This document shows, piece after piece, positions 9,752 through 20,075 of a DNA stretch of 64,000 nt. Each line of letters begins with the position of its first letter. The stretch's first letter is position 1. The position numbers and the translations under genes were made by a program. A model generated the notes under the pieces. That model ran no database searches. It worked only from the letters and a program-made list of their open reading frames with translations, and was not told where the DNA came from. The stretch comes from an uncultured Actinomycetota bacterium (lineage in GTDB: Bacteria; Actinomycetota; Acidimicrobiia; Spongiisociales; UBA5794). The DNA is taken from contig CAWIHT010000014.1 of assembly GCA_963836085.1 (NCBI GenBank), positions 296,773 through 360,772 of the forward strand, given 5' to 3'.

Positions 9752-10020
9752 ACGGAACTCGTGGTCGGGTCGGATTCGGCCGAGATCTCAGCGGCCATGC
9801 GTTCGATGCGGGCACGGATCTGGTCTGCTTGCGAGGAGTCTTCCTCGACTTCTTTCGACGTCAAGCCGCGGAGACGACCGACGGTCCGTTCCTGATACCG
9901 CGCGGCATCCTCATCGTGCTTCTTGGACCAGAACGCCCGCATTCCCCACTCCTTCGAATCCCCAGCTGACGGGCATCCCGTGCACCGACCCCCACGGTCG
10001 GCAGGATCGCTCCGTCTCAT
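9748..10020 (-). CDS. Hypothetical small charged protein
   Basis: Open frame with a protein-like charged helical C-terminus; no recognisable family. Start uncertain. Confidence 0.25.
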   Translation of the reverse strand: MRRSDPADRGGRCTGCPSAGDSKEWGMRAFWSKKHDEDAARYQERTVGRLRGLTSKEVEEDSSQADQIRARIERMAAEISAESDPTTSSV

Positions 10021-10140
10021 GTAGGTGTCAGTATCCACGGCGCGCCGGCATCGCGTGAGACACAAGTCACGGGGTGCTCAAGGGACTAGTCCCCCAGAGG
10101 CTGGACCATTGGCGCGGCGGTCCAAGGACGGTGGGGTGGT

Positions 10141-10329
10141 CTACGCGGAGGTGTGAGCGAGCGCATCGTTCCGCCTGGCGTAACGGTCCATGTGCTCGAG
10201 ACGTTCGCGGACTCGAGCGGGATCGGCTCCGTCGAGAGCCCTCGTGCGCTCAGCCATCGTGCGCAGGCGGTCGGCCGTGCGCTCGAGATAGCCATCGTCC
10301 GCCTTGCTGCCCATCGTCAGGAATGTCAT
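10141..10329 (-). CDS. Hypothetical small helical protein
   Basis: MTFLTMGSKADDGYLERTADRLRTMAERTRALDGADPARVRERLEHMDRYARRNDALAHTSA; no family assignment. Confidence 0.25.
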   Translation of the reverse strand: MTFLTMGSKADDGYLERTADRLRTMAERTRALDGADPARVRERLEHMDRYARRNDALAHTSA

Positions 10330-10633
10330 CGGTATACCCCCGAAGTACGGTCCGACTGCCACGACGTTGGCTCGTGAACTGCCGTGGCTGCCCCGCTTGC
10401 TCGGGTCCATCGGCTGAGAGTCGGACGGTTGCTCATCTCCCTTTGATCGGCATTTGGCCAGCTGAGTAGAGAACCAAACTCGTCGCCATCGGACGGACTA
10501 GCTACCCGCGGCGACTGGATGGCCGTCGGACGCTCGGCGGGTTCCGCTGACTCGCTCAGAGAACCCAGACTTCCGTGAGAGAATTCCTCTGAGACACCCG
10601 TTTCTTGTCGCCCCCGGGACGTACGGTGTCGGT

Positions 10634-11899
10634 ATGTCCACGGCAGCGACACAGCTCTCCGAATCGACCGCTCGCTGGCTCGAGAACGTCGAACCCGGCG
10701 TTGAGTTGGCCGCCCGGCTGGCGGTCGTCGATGTGGCCTACTTGTCCGGCTACGACCGCATCGTCGTGCTTCAGGCGCACCAGCGGCTCGCCTCTCACTA
10801 CGCCGCGCAGGTGTACCGGGACATGGCCTCGGTGAGCGCATCGTTCGTCATCGAGGACGGTGTCGATCTGCAGTCGGCGGACGAGTTCGCTGCTGCCGAG
10901 ATCCGTGCAGCGTTGCGCCTCACCCGACGGGCGGCCGATGCTGAGCTCTCCTTCGCTCTGGATCTCCAACGCCGCCTCCCTCAGGCCTTCCGATCGCTGG
11001 AGGACGGGCACATCGACGTCCGCCGAGCGAAGGTTTTCGACCGCTGCACGATCGACCTGCCGATCGCGACGGCCCGAACGATCGTCGATCTGGTTCTGCC
11101 GGATGCGCCGAACCTCACCACCGGCCAACTCGGGGCCCGCCTCGATCGGCTCCGCATGGAGGTCGAACCGGAGGCCGCGCAGGATCGCTACGAGCATGCC
11201 GTGAACGACCGTCGCGTCGTCATGGAACCGACGCCCGCCGGCACGGCCAACATCCACGCGTTCGATCTTCCGCCCGACCGTGCCTCGGCGCTGATGAAGC
11301 GCATCAACCGCAACGCCCGGAGCCTTCGCCGGGCAGGCGACCAGCGTTCGATGGACCAGCTCCGCAGCGACGTCCTCCTCGACCTCGGCACAGCCGGGCC
11401 GGCGGATTCGCCGCCCGAAGGAGCCGTCGATCTCCTCGTCGATCTCGAGACGCTGGTCGGGTTGAACGACGATCCCGGAGAGCTCGCCGGGTACGGGCCG
11501 GTGATTGCCGACGTCGCCCGCGAGATCGCGAAGCGACAGGATCGAGGCGAGTGGACCTACACCGTCACCGATCCGGCGACCGGCAGACCCCTGGTCACCG
11601 GAACGACGAAACGCAGGCCCACGGCGGCTCAGCGCCGCGAGGTGGTGGCACGGAACCGCACCTGCATCTTCATCGGGTGCCGGTTGCCCGCCCGCGAGTG
11701 CGACCTCGATCATCGGATCCCGTGGGCACAAGGCGGGAAGACCAGGACGCAGGATCTCGGTCCATGTTGCAGACACGACCACCACATCCGCCACGCCGCC
11801 GGATGGTCCTACGAGATCCTTTCGGACGGCGACATTCTATGGAAGTCCGGTCTCGGCCACGTCTACCGGACGGGCAGTTCCACAGGCCTGCCGCCGTAG
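10634..11899 (+). CDS. DUF222 domain protein with C-terminal HNH endonuclease (REP13E12-family selfish-element-like)
   Basis: N-terminal DUF222-like region and a C-terminal HNH motif CRLPARECDLDHRIPWAQGGKTRTQDLGPCCRHDHHIRH. Typical of actinobacterial 13E12-repeat ORFs. Confidence 0.8.
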   Translation: MSTAATQLSESTARWLENVEPGVELAARLAVVDVAYLSGYDRIVVLQAHQRLASHYAAQVYRDMASVSASFVIEDGVDLQSADEFAAAEIRAALRLTRRAADAELSFALDLQRRLPQAFRSLEDGHIDVRRAKVFDRCTIDLPIATARTIVDLVLPDAPNLTTGQLGARLDRLRMEVEPEAAQDRYEHAVNDRRVVMEPTPAGTANIHAFDLPPDRASALMKRINRNARSLRRAGDQRSMDQLRSDVLLDLGTAGPADSPPEGAVDLLVDLETLVGLNDDPGELAGYGPVIADVAREIAKRQDRGEWTYTVTDPATGRPLVTGTTKRRPTAAQRREVVARNRTCIFIGCRLPARECDLDHRIPWAQGGKTRTQDLGPCCRHDHHIRHAAGWSYEILSDGDILWKSGLGHVYRTGSSTGLPP

Positions 11900-11971
11900 C
11901 CGGATGCGGGGCCGGTACGGCCCGGTTGACAGGAAGCCCGCATTCCACCGACCTGGAGATCAACGGACCGG

Positions 11972-12478
11972 TCAGCCGGTCTGAAGCTCACGGCTGTAGA
12001 CCGTGTCATTGGTGAAGAAGTTGTTCGTGGTGTCGCCCGAGCCGGCGAGTGCCCCGTAGGTGCCGGTCCCTCCCTCGATCTCCCACGCCCCGGCCTCTTG
12101 GGGAGTGTCGGATCCGACAAGGGCACTGGTGATCACTGTGTGCCACCTCATCGTGAACGTCCCAGACCCGTCGTCACACACGAAGTCCAGCACCGTGGCC
12201 CACTCGGCAACCTCGTCGTCGGCAAACGACGTGTTGTTGAAGATGGACCCTGTCTCGTCAGCAGTGATGACGTCACCCTCGACGGACTCGAAGTGGTCGA
12301 TCTCCATCAATCCACGCCCGCACACGACGCCACCGTCAACGGCATCGCCCGATGCCGAAAACGGCATGGTCTGCCAGGCCCACACCACGGAAATCTCCAC
12401 CGAGAGTGAATCCGAGGAAGAGCACCCGGCAACGCACGTCGCCAGTGCCGCGGCTACTACGAGGGTCCACCTACGCAT
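11972..12478 (-). CDS. Hypothetical secreted lipoprotein
   Basis: ATG at 12478; signal peptide and lipobox LATCVAGCSSS; 168 aa. Confidence 0.55.
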   Translation of the reverse strand: MRRWTLVVAAALATCVAGCSSSDSLSVEISVVWAWQTMPFSASGDAVDGGVVCGRGLMEIDHFESVEGDVITADETGSIFNNTSFADDEVAEWATVLDFVCDDGSGTFTMRWHTVITSALVGSDTPQEAGAWEIEGGTGTYGALAGSGDTTNNFFTNDTVYSRELQTG

Positions 12479-12500
12479 GACGCACCTCCTGTCTCTGGTC

Positions 12501-13343
12501 TCAGTAGCTCGGCGGTCCCGCGGCGATCCAGCGGGCGACCTCTTCGATCGTCTCGCCTTCGCCTGCAGGGCCGAAGTGAGCCCAGGTGACGCCGGCATCT
12601 GCGAAGTCCTTCAGTTGCTGCCGATCGGCGTCCTCATCGCCCGTTGGAACGATCGCGGCGCTCACCTCGTAGCCATCCATGCTCGGCCGATGCGACGCGA
12701 CCTCCGCTACCACCTCGCGCACACCCTGCGGCGTGATGAGGGTCGGGCTCCCGTTGTCGTCGGCGAGCGGGTAGACGCCCTCGTAGCGTGCCGCCCGGCG
12801 GAACGGGCCCTTGTTCGGCCAGGTTCCGGCAACCCAGATCGGAATGCGCGGCTGCTGAAGCGGCCGGGGCATGAACGTGGTCTCTTTCACCTGGTAGTAC
12901 GTGCCGTCATAGGAGAACGGCTCACCGGACCACATGCCGACGATCACGTCGAGCGCCTCATCGAGACGCTCCGCCCGTTCCCGCACACCGGTCGGTTCGC
13001 CGAAGGTGCCGAACTCAGGTTCCGGCGGGACTCCGATGCCAACACCGAGGACGAGACGCCCCCCACTCAGGTGATCGAGCGTCGCCGTCTGGCGAGCCAC
13101 CACCCACGGTCGGCGACGCGGCAGCGGCGTGACCATCGGACCGATCATGATGCGCTCGGTCGCCATCGCGACGGCGGTCAGGATCACCCACGGATCGCCA
13201 ACGGGCATACCGTCGGAGATCACGATGTGATCCCACACCACGAATCCGTCCCATCCGGATCGCTCGGCGGTGGCTGCGAGTTCGGCGACCGCGGCGGCGT
13301 CGGCATACGGGCCGAAGTTGGGGATGTTGAACGTGAACCTCAT
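12501..13343 (-). CDS. LLM-class (luciferase-like) F420-dependent oxidoreductase
   Basis: TIM-barrel LLM family hallmarks: N-terminal MRFTFNIPNFG and the glycine-rich RLVLGVGIG segment. Confidence 0.85.
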   Translation of the reverse strand: MRFTFNIPNFGPYADAAAVAELAATAERSGWDGFVVWDHIVISDGMPVGDPWVILTAVAMATERIMIGPMVTPLPRRRPWVVARQTATLDHLSGGRLVLGVGIGVPPEPEFGTFGEPTGVRERAERLDEALDVIVGMWSGEPFSYDGTYYQVKETTFMPRPLQQPRIPIWVAGTWPNKGPFRRAARYEGVYPLADDNGSPTLITPQGVREVVAEVASHRPSMDGYEVSAAIVPTGDEDADRQQLKDFADAGVTWAHFGPAGEGETIEEVARWIAAGPPSY

Positions 13344-13477
13344 GCGGCGAACCCTAGCGAGAGCACCTCGTCGCCCCCTGATGCGGGCTGCATTCGACTT
13401 GGTACGATATGCCGGTCTTCAGAGTCTGGCGCGCTCCAACGAGCGCCGCCCGTGCCCGAACGAAAGCGAGAGCCACC

Positions 13478-14806
13478 ATGACCGAGTTCTTCCCAGACGT
13501 TCAGCCGATCCGCTACGAGGGACCGGACGCTCAGAACGACCTGGCGTATCGCTACTACGACCCTGCGCGCATCGTGCTCGGCAAGCGCATGGACGAGCAA
13601 CTCCGCATCGCCGTCTGCTACTGGCACACGTTCAACTGGCCAGGTGCCGACGTGTTCGGCGCAGGGACGTTCGACCGCCCCTGGCTCGACGGTTCGATGG
13701 ACCCGATGGCCGCCGCCCGCATGAAGATGGATGCAGCATTCGAGTTCTTCGCAAAGCTCGGCACACCGTTCTGGACGTTCCACGATCTCGACATCGCACC
13801 CGAGGGCGCCACGTTCGCCGAGACGCAGCAGAACGTGAAGACGATGGTCGCCTACGCCGAGGAGAAGATGGCCGAGACCGGCGTCAAGCTCCTGTGGGGC
13901 ACCGCGAACCTGTTCAGCCACCCGCGCTACGCCGCAGGCGCAGCAACGAACCCGAACCCCGAGGTGTTCTCCTATGCCGCAGCGCAGGTCAAGAACGCCA
14001 TCGACGCCACCCACCAGTTGGGCGGCGCCAACTACGTGCTGTGGGGCGGCCGCGAGGGCTACGAGACGCTCCTCAACACGAAGCTGAGCAAGGAGACCGA
14101 CCAACTCGCCCGCTTCCTGCACATGGTCGTCGACTACAAGAAGTCGACCGGTTTCGAAGGCAAGCTGCTCCTCGAACCGAAGCCGCAAGAGCCGACCAAG
14201 CACCAGTACGACTACGACAGCTCAACGGTGCACGGATTCCTCGAGCGCTACGACCTGCTCGGCGAGTACTTCGTCAACATCGAGGCCAACCACGCGACCC
14301 TGGCGGGCCACAGCTTCCACCACGAGATCGCGTACGCCGTGGCAAACAACATCTTCGGCAGCATCGACGCCAACCGCGGCGACCCGCAGAACGGCTGGGA
14401 CACCGACCAGTTCCCGAACTCGGTCGAAGACGTGACCCTGGCGATGTACGAGATCCTCCAGGCCGGTGGCCTCACCAGCGGCGGTTTCAACTTCGACACG
14501 AAGCTGCGCCGTCAGAGCATGTCTCGCGACGACCTGTTCCACGGCCACATCGGGGGCATCGACACCCTCGCCTACTCGCTGCTGGTTGCGGCGAAACTGG
14601 TCGAGGACGGTGCGCTCAAGGCTGCCCAGGATGCCCGCTACGCGGGATGGGACTCTGCCCTCGGCGCCGCCATCACGGACGGCACCGCAGACCTCGCCTC
14701 GCTCGAGGCGAAGGTCGTCGCAGGCGAAATCGACCCGAGCGCGGTCTCCGGTCGCCAGGAGCAACTCGAGAACCTGATCAACCGGACGATCTGGAGCGCT
14801 TCCTAG
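13478..14806 (+). CDS. xylA: Xylose isomerase
   Basis: Near full-length collinear similarity to class II XylA ([61 protein letters not shown]). Confidence 0.95.
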   Translation: MTEFFPDVQPIRYEGPDAQNDLAYRYYDPARIVLGKRMDEQLRIAVCYWHTFNWPGADVFGAGTFDRPWLDGSMDPMAAARMKMDAAFEFFAKLGTPFWTFHDLDIAPEGATFAETQQNVKTMVAYAEEKMAETGVKLLWGTANLFSHPRYAAGAATNPNPEVFSYAAAQVKNAIDATHQLGGANYVLWGGREGYETLLNTKLSKETDQLARFLHMVVDYKKSTGFEGKLLLEPKPQEPTKHQYDYDSSTVHGFLERYDLLGEYFVNIEANHATLAGHSFHHEIAYAVANNIFGSIDANRGDPQNGWDTDQFPNSVEDVTLAMYEILQAGGLTSGGFNFDTKLRRQSMSRDDLFHGHIGGIDTLAYSLLVAAKLVEDGALKAAQDARYAGWDSALGAAITDGTADLASLEAKVVAGEIDPSAVSGRQEQLENLINRTIWSAS

Positions 14807-16296
14807 CTGTCGAACGTCGACAGCTGATGGAATGACTCCCGCAGTGCGGGGTACAGGTCGCGGTACACGGGGTACAACGCGTCATACGTAGCCGTATCCA
14901 ATCCCGGCTCGGTCATCTCTCCGAGTTCGACGGCGACGTCACACGCTTCGGCGACGGAGCCGAAGACCCCAGCGCCGGTGGCGGCGAGGATGGCCGCCCC
15001 GTGTGCGGCCGACTCGGCCGTGCCGACGACGCGCACCGGGAGACCGATCACGTCGGCGATGATGCGGAGCCACAGATCGCTCGACGCTCCTCCCCCGGAG
15101 ACGCGGACCTCGCCCAACTCCATCTCGGCTGCCATCAACTCCACGGAGTCGCGCAGGCCGAAGGCGACGCCTTCCATGACCGCGCGGGCCATGTGTCCGA
15201 GGCCGTGGCGCACGGTGAGGCCGACGAAAGCGCCACGCGCCAGCGGGTCGGGGTGCGGCGTGCGCTCACCGGTGAGGTACGGGAGGAACACGAGGCCCTC
15301 CGAACCTGCCGGAGCGGCAGCAGCGGCATCGTTGAGTTCGTCGTAGCTGAGGTCGGAGGCGAACGTGTCTTTGAACCACTTGTAGCTGCCGGCAGCCGAA
15401 AGCATCACGCCCATCAGATGCCACATGTTGGGGACCGCATGACAGAAGGCGTGAAGGCGGCCGGCCGGTTCGATGATCGGGTGGTCGGCTGCAGCGAAGA
15501 CCACGCCGCTGGTGCCGACGCTCATCGCTACCACGCCGGGCGTCACCGCCCCAACGCCGACGCCGTTGGCTGCCTGATCGCCACCGCCCGCCATCACTGG
15601 AGTCCCGGGGCGCAGGCCGGTCAAGGCTGCAGCCGCTTCGGAGACGACACCGGTCACGTCGGGGCCTTCGAACGTCGGTGGCAGCCACTCGGTCGGGATG
15701 TCAAGCGCTGCCGCCACTTCGTCCGACCAGGTGCGGGCGGCGAGGTCAAACAGAATCGTGCCGGAACCACCGGCACGATCGACGGCGTACTCGTCGGTCA
15801 GGCGGAAGCGGACGTAATCCTTCGGCAGCAGAACGTGGGCCACCTGCGAGAACACGTCAGGTTCATTGTTCCGAACCCACAGGATCTTCGGTGCGGTGAA
15901 GCCGGTGAGCGCATCGTTGCCGGTGACCGCAATGAGGTTCTCCGATCCGACCCGGTCGCGAATCTCGTCACATTCGGCCTGCGTCCGCTGGTCATTCCAC
16001 AGAATCGACGGCCGGAGGACTACCCCTGCCTCGTCGAGGAGCACCAGGCCGTGCATCTGTCCGGTGAGGCCGATCCCCGCCACATCAGCGCCGTCGACGC
16101 CCGCCGCTGCAATCGCCTCGGTGATCGCGACCACGGTGGCGTCCCACCACAGGTCGGGCGACTGCTCCGACCAGAGCGGCCGCGGCGTCTCGAAGTCGTA
16201 CTCGGACCGACCGATCGCAACGACCGCTCCCCGTTCGTCCATCACCAACGCCTTGGTGGCTGTGGTGGACGAGTCGATTCCGATGAAGTAGCTCAC
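14803..16296 (-). CDS. xylB: Xylulokinase (FGGY carbohydrate kinase)
   Basis: [19 protein letters not shown]-terminal FGGY motif; 497 aa; convergent with xylA. Confidence 0.9.
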   Translation of the reverse strand: MSYFIGIDSSTTATKALVMDERGAVVAIGRSEYDFETPRPLWSEQSPDLWWDATVVAITEAIAAAGVDGADVAGIGLTGQMHGLVLLDEAGVVLRPSILWNDQRTQAECDEIRDRVGSENLIAVTGNDALTGFTAPKILWVRNNEPDVFSQVAHVLLPKDYVRFRLTDEYAVDRAGGSGTILFDLAARTWSDEVAAALDIPTEWLPPTFEGPDVTGVVSEAAAALTGLRPGTPVMAGGGDQAANGVGVGAVTPGVVAMSVGTSGVVFAAADHPIIEPAGRLHAFCHAVPNMWHLMGVMLSAAGSYKWFKDTFASDLSYDELNDAAAAAPAGSEGLVFLPYLTGERTPHPDPLARGAFVGLTVRHGLGHMARAVMEGVAFGLRDSVELMAAEMELGEVRVSGGGASSDLWLRIIADVIGLPVRVVGTAESAAHGAAILAATGAGVFGSVAEACDVAVELGEMTEPGLDTATYDALYPVYRDLYPALRESFHQLSTFDS

Positions 16297-17189
16297 AGTG
16301 ACAGGACCTCCGGTACGGACGGCAAGGACTCGAGAACATCGCGAAGGTCTTCTTGAGGGACCTCGCTCAGCATCCAGATCTCACGATGCACCACGCTCTT
16401 GCCCGGTTGGACGGTGACCTTGGGTCCGAGCGTCTCGAGTTCGAGGAAGCGCTCATCGCGGTAGCACTGCGCGCTGGCGCCGAAGTCGCTGTAGAGATCG
16501 CCGTCTCGGTGCAGCGGGGACCATTTGACGAAGAGTTCGCCGTCGTGGGCATAGGCGATCCATCCGCGGCGGTTCGACACCCCCACCTTCGACTTTGACA
16601 CGCGGTCGGATGCGTGGACCGTCAGTTCATCATCGCGAATCGTGATCTCAGGACTCGAGGGGTCGGTGTAGGGCCACAGGACGATGTTGCGGTTGGGAAG
16701 AACGCCGTCCTTGTCCAGTGGGCCGATGGCCTGGGGCAGGTACGCCGTGCCGCCTGGTGCAAGTTGGGTGATCGCCCACGGTGCACACCGAACTGGCGTC
16801 CAGCCGTCATTGCGGAGCTCGTGGTCGACGATCGTGAAGGCTCCGGATTGGGTCACCGTGATGATCTTGGTGACGCTCTCGGAGTCGGGGGGTCCGACGA
16901 CTTCGACGCCACCATCCCGCTCGGTGATCGTGACGGCATCGTCATCTGGTGCGTAGGTGATGGCCGGCACCTCGGGTGCTCGCCAGAGCCGGTGTCCGCC
17001 GAGAAACCGGAACGTTCCAACGGCGGGGTGCTCGATCGCCTGGTCTGAGAGGGAGGCGAAGAGTTGCGGACCATCGTGGCGCGCATAGCTGAGGATTCGC
17101 GGGCCGGCGTCCGTGGCGATGGCGACGGCAACCGGTCCGAGATCGATCGTGGTGCTCTCGACCGGGTCTGAGACGTTGGGGTTGCTCAC
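16293..17189 (-). CDS. Aldose 1-epimerase (mutarotase)-like protein, co-transcribed upstream of xylB
   Basis: ~300-aa all-beta-looking protein. A GTG start at 17189 is preceded by GGAGGA. The 4-nt overlap with the xylB start suggests one operon. Family call is tentative. Confidence 0.45.
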   Translation of the reverse strand: MSNPNVSDPVESTTIDLGPVAVAIATDAGPRILSYARHDGPQLFASLSDQAIEHPAVGTFRFLGGHRLWRAPEVPAITYAPDDDAVTITERDGGVEVVGPPDSESVTKIITVTQSGAFTIVDHELRNDGWTPVRCAPWAITQLAPGGTAYLPQAIGPLDKDGVLPNRNIVLWPYTDPSSPEITIRDDELTVHASDRVSKSKVGVSNRRGWIAYAHDGELFVKWSPLHRDGDLYSDFGASAQCYRDERFLELETLGPKVTVQPGKSVVHREIWMLSEVPQEDLRDVLESLPSVPEVLSL

Positions 17190-17505
17190 GGATCCTCCGG
17201 GGATTGGCGATGAGGGGCGATGCCGCATGATGATACGGACTCACATCGCCTCGGCATCCCCGACCTCGGGATCGCCGACGCCGTGGCAACCGCGGTCTTC
17301 GCAGGTGGGCTTCGCGATGCCGCCTGGCTCGGCCGGTTCGGCGACTATCAGTTCATCGCGGTCACTGAAGACCGCCGCATCCTGCGTTCTCCCGCCGCGC
17401 GGTTCACCCCGTCCACCGCTCGATAGCCGAGCGATCGGGACGGTCGACCCTGGCGCGGTCGCAGCGACTCGGGGCACGATGCTCAGGACGATCGGGAGGA
17501 CCCAG

Positions 17506-18014
17506 ATGAACGCCCTCGTTGTCTACGAATCGCTCTACGGCAACACCAAACGGATCGCAGAGGCGATCGCCGAAGGACTCGCCCCCGAGTGCGACGTCAC
17601 AATCTCCGAAGTCGGCGTGGCTCCCGACGTACCCTCCGATGTCGATCTGCTCGTCGTGGGCGGCCCGACGCACCAGTTCGGCCTCAGCAGGAAGAGTTCC
17701 CGCCAGCAGGGCGCCGACGATCACGACGAGCCGGTGATCTCGCTCGATGTCGGCATCCGCGAGTGGATCGAAGGGCAGCCGCGCGTCTCGAACGGAGCAG
17801 CGGCAACGTTCGACACCAGCATCCGCAAGCCGAACCTTCCCGGGTCGGCCGCCGTGGTGCGGCGAAACGTCTGAAGAAGAAGGGCTACCGACTCGTCGTC
17901 CCCGGCGAACTCTTCCTCGTCGAGGGCGGCAAGGGTCCGATCACCGAAGGCGAGATCGACCGCGCAACGAAATGGGGTCAAGAAGTAGCGAACGCATTTC
18001 TAGCGAGTAGCTGA
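17506..18014 (+). CDS. Flavodoxin-domain protein; one apparent frameshift near 17860
   Basis: MNALVVYESLYGNTKRIAEAIAEGL... continues in another frame as ...AKRLKKKGYRLVVPGELFLVEGGKGPITEGEIDRATKWGQEVANAFL (ORFs 17113..17874 and 17589..18014). Confidence 0.6.
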
Positions 18015-18027
18015 ATCGTCACGAACG

Positions 18028-18090
18028 CAGCCCCCTCCGCTGTGCTCCGGCCAGCGGCCGGAACTCGCGCCTCCCCCACTTCGTGAGGGA
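18028..18090 (-). repeat. Partial copy of the palindromic repeat family (B module) between convergent genes
   Basis: cagccccctccgctgtgctccggccagcggccggaactcgcgcctcccccacttcgtgagggagacgaagg matches the reverse complement of the 47.5-48.7 kb B module. Confidence 0.65.
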
Positions 18091-18127
18091 GACGAAGGCG
18101 GTCGCTCGAGACACTCCATCACGTGTT

Positions 18128-19216
18128 TCACGACGGCGGGGTCGCGTTGCAGGGTGGCGTGGCTCGTCCGGCCGAAGACGGCCGCACTCGTCGGGGCCAG
18201 GTGGTTCCGTGCGGTGGCGCTGGACGGACGGACGACGAGATCGCCAACCGAGGCACCGAGCGGGTGTTTCGGATCCCCGTGATGGCGCCGGCGACGAAGT
18301 GGTGGTCGATCCCCGGCGGGAGCGAGTGGTCGCCGACGGTGTTGCGCAGAAGGGCATCCGGATCGCTGCCGAGCCAATCGTCCTCGACGATCGCTCCGAA
18401 TCGCAGATCCTTGATGCCGACGCTCCGACCGTTGAGGAAGTCGGCGAGTGGGCGCGTCTCCCTGGCGGCGCCGAGCGCCCAGGCCGTCGCGTTGACGAAC
18501 TTCTCGAGTGGGGCACCGCGGTGCGGTGTCCCGATCGTCACGACGCGATGGACGTCCCCGATCCACGGTGAACCGGTGTCCGATGCGACCGCACAAGCCC
18601 CCCGGATGACCAGGCCGCCAGCGGAGTGGCCGACCAGGGAGATCGACTCGACCGGAACCGGCCAGAACGAGTGGACGTCTTCGAGCAGCGCCGAAAGGAG
18701 CGCGCCGTTCTCCGAGATCCGCAGACCCGAGTTGTAGCGCATCATCACCGGAGTGAGGTCCGGATGATCGTCGAGACTCTCGAGCAGGCCCGGAGCCGAG
18801 TCAGTGCCGGCCCAGCATCGTTCGGTCTCGATGAGTCCGTGGACGAGCACGACCAAGTGCCCGGTCGCACCACAGAACGCGTCTCCGAGTTCATGATTGG
18901 CTGGGACGATGGCGCCGGAGCGGTCCCGAATAGCCATCTCGATCCCGAGACCGGACGCCCCCGGCCCGAGGTTGTCGCCCCACAGACCGTTCACGACGGA
19001 CTGCGCCGAATCCGCAGCTGCTGAGTGCCGACCCGTACGCGCTTCGACAACCGTTCCTGCGACGGCCCCTCCGAGGCGGATCGATCCGTACACGGCGTCC
19101 GAGACGCCGTCGTGCACCCGCCGTACCGGTCGTGCTGAGGGCCGCAGCCGAGAACCACCGGTCGGAGATTGCGCGATGCATGCCTTGAACCGGAGCGACG
19201 ACCCGTTGCGTCGCAA
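18128..19216 (-). CDS. Alpha/beta hydrolase, lipase/esterase-like (GHSAG nucleophile elbow)
   Basis: VVLVHGL...SLVGHSAGGLV...GTPHRG motifs. Start codon uncertain. Confidence 0.7.
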   Translation of the reverse strand: MRRNGSSLRFKACIAQSPTGGSRLRPSARPVRRVHDGVSDAVYGSIRLGGAVAGTVVEARTGRHSAAADSAQSVVNGLWGDNLGPGASGLGIEMAIRDRSGAIVPANHELGDAFCGATGHLVVLVHGLIETERCWAGTDSAPGLLESLDDHPDLTPVMMRYNSGLRISENGALLSALLEDVHSFWPVPVESISLVGHSAGGLVIRGACAVASDTGSPWIGDVHRVVTIGTPHRGAPLEKFVNATAWALGAARETRPLADFLNGRSVGIKDLRFGAIVEDDWLGSDPDALLRNTVGDHSLPPGIDHHFVAGAITGIRNTRSVPRLAISSSVRPAPPHGTTWPRRVRPSSAGRATPPCNATPPS

Positions 19217-19324
19217 CAGCTATGGAGTTGCCGATCACCATGCCGGCTCCGATCGTGGATGGGGTCCGAACCGTAGCGCAGACCACGGCCGGCCCCCGCC
19301 GGGATCAGCAGTGGAAACCATCTA

Positions 19325-19358
19325 GACAGGGGTTGAACAGTTGTTTATACTATTGAAC
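19325..19358. promoter_or_regulatory. AT-rich island with direct TTGAACA repeats upstream of tetR (candidate operator/promoter)
   Basis: ggttgaacagttgtttatactattgaacatgag is strikingly AT-rich for this genome. It lies in the divergent intergenic region between the hydrolase and tetR. Confidence 0.3.
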
Positions 19359-20075
19359 ATGAGTTCAGCCGAAGTGGCTCCGACCGGAGATGCGTCCGTG
19401 GATGACCGGACCACCAGGGCGAAGATCCGCGACGCCGCGATCGCCTGCTTCGCCGAGAACGGCATCACCGGGACGACCGCCCGCAAGGTCGCAGCCGCGG
19501 CCGGTGTCTCCCCCGGTCTCGTAATTCACCACTTCGGCACGATGGACGGTCTGCGCTCCGCGTGCGACGAGCACGTCGCCCTGACGATCAGGAACTTCAA
19601 GTATGAGGCCATGGACGAAGGGCCGAACCTCGACGTGCTCGCCGCCCTCCGCGGCGCGACCCAAGCGCCGCTGGTGGGCTATCTCGCTGCGGTGCTCGGC
19701 GACGACTCCCCAATCGTGAACAAGTTGGTCGACGACCTCGTCAGCGACGCCGAGGGCTACATCGAGCATGGCGTCGACACCGGGATGGTGCGTCCCTCCC
19801 CGAATCCGGGCGGACGGGCGGCGGTGCTCACGCTGTGGTCGCTCGGGGCCTTGGTCATGCACCGCCACCTCAAGCGAATCCTCGGCGTGGACCTCACCGA
19901 TCCAGATATCGGCGCCGACCCCGCAATGGCGGCGTACGCGATCCCGGTCTACGAGATCCTGGGCCAGGGCGTGCTCACCGAAGCCATCGCCACCCACCTC
20001 CAATCGGCGTTTGCCGACGCATCCGCAGATTTCCCGTCATCACCATCGGCAGCAACGAGCAAGGAAGACGCATGA
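19359..20075 (+). CDS. TetR/AcrR family transcriptional regulator
   Basis: N-terminal HTH IRDAAIACFAENGITGTTARKVAAAAGVSPGLVIHHFG. Its stop overlaps the start of the downstream ABC ATPase (ATGA). Confidence 0.85.
   Translation: MSSAEVAPTGDASVDDRTTRAKIRDAAIACFAENGITGTTARKVAAAAGVSPGLVIHHFGTMDGLRSACDEHVALTIRNFKYEAMDEGPNLDVLAALRGATQAPLVGYLAAVLGDDSPIVNKLVDDLVSDAEGYIEHGVDTGMVRPSPNPGGRAAVLTLWSLGALVMHRHLKRILGVDLTDPDIGADPAMAAYAIPVYEILGQGVLTEAIATHLQSAFADASADFPSSPSAATSKEDA

Noticed and set aside
12060-16356. Large +strand ORFs 12060..13481 (473 aa), 13270..14835 (521 aa) and 15001..16356 (451 aa)
   Set aside because: They are antisense or alternative-frame to clearly homologous genes (lipoprotein/LLM oxidoreductase, xylA, xylB). 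The Arg/Pro/Gly-rich composition is typical of spurious ORFs in high-GC DNA.
19768-20071. Upstream part of ORF-track entry 19768..22632 (954 aa) suggesting a giant fused protein
   Set aside because: The long frame merges out-of-frame read-through of tetR/ABC-ATPase DNA with the real permease. The permease starts at the ATG at 20978, directly after the ATPase stop.
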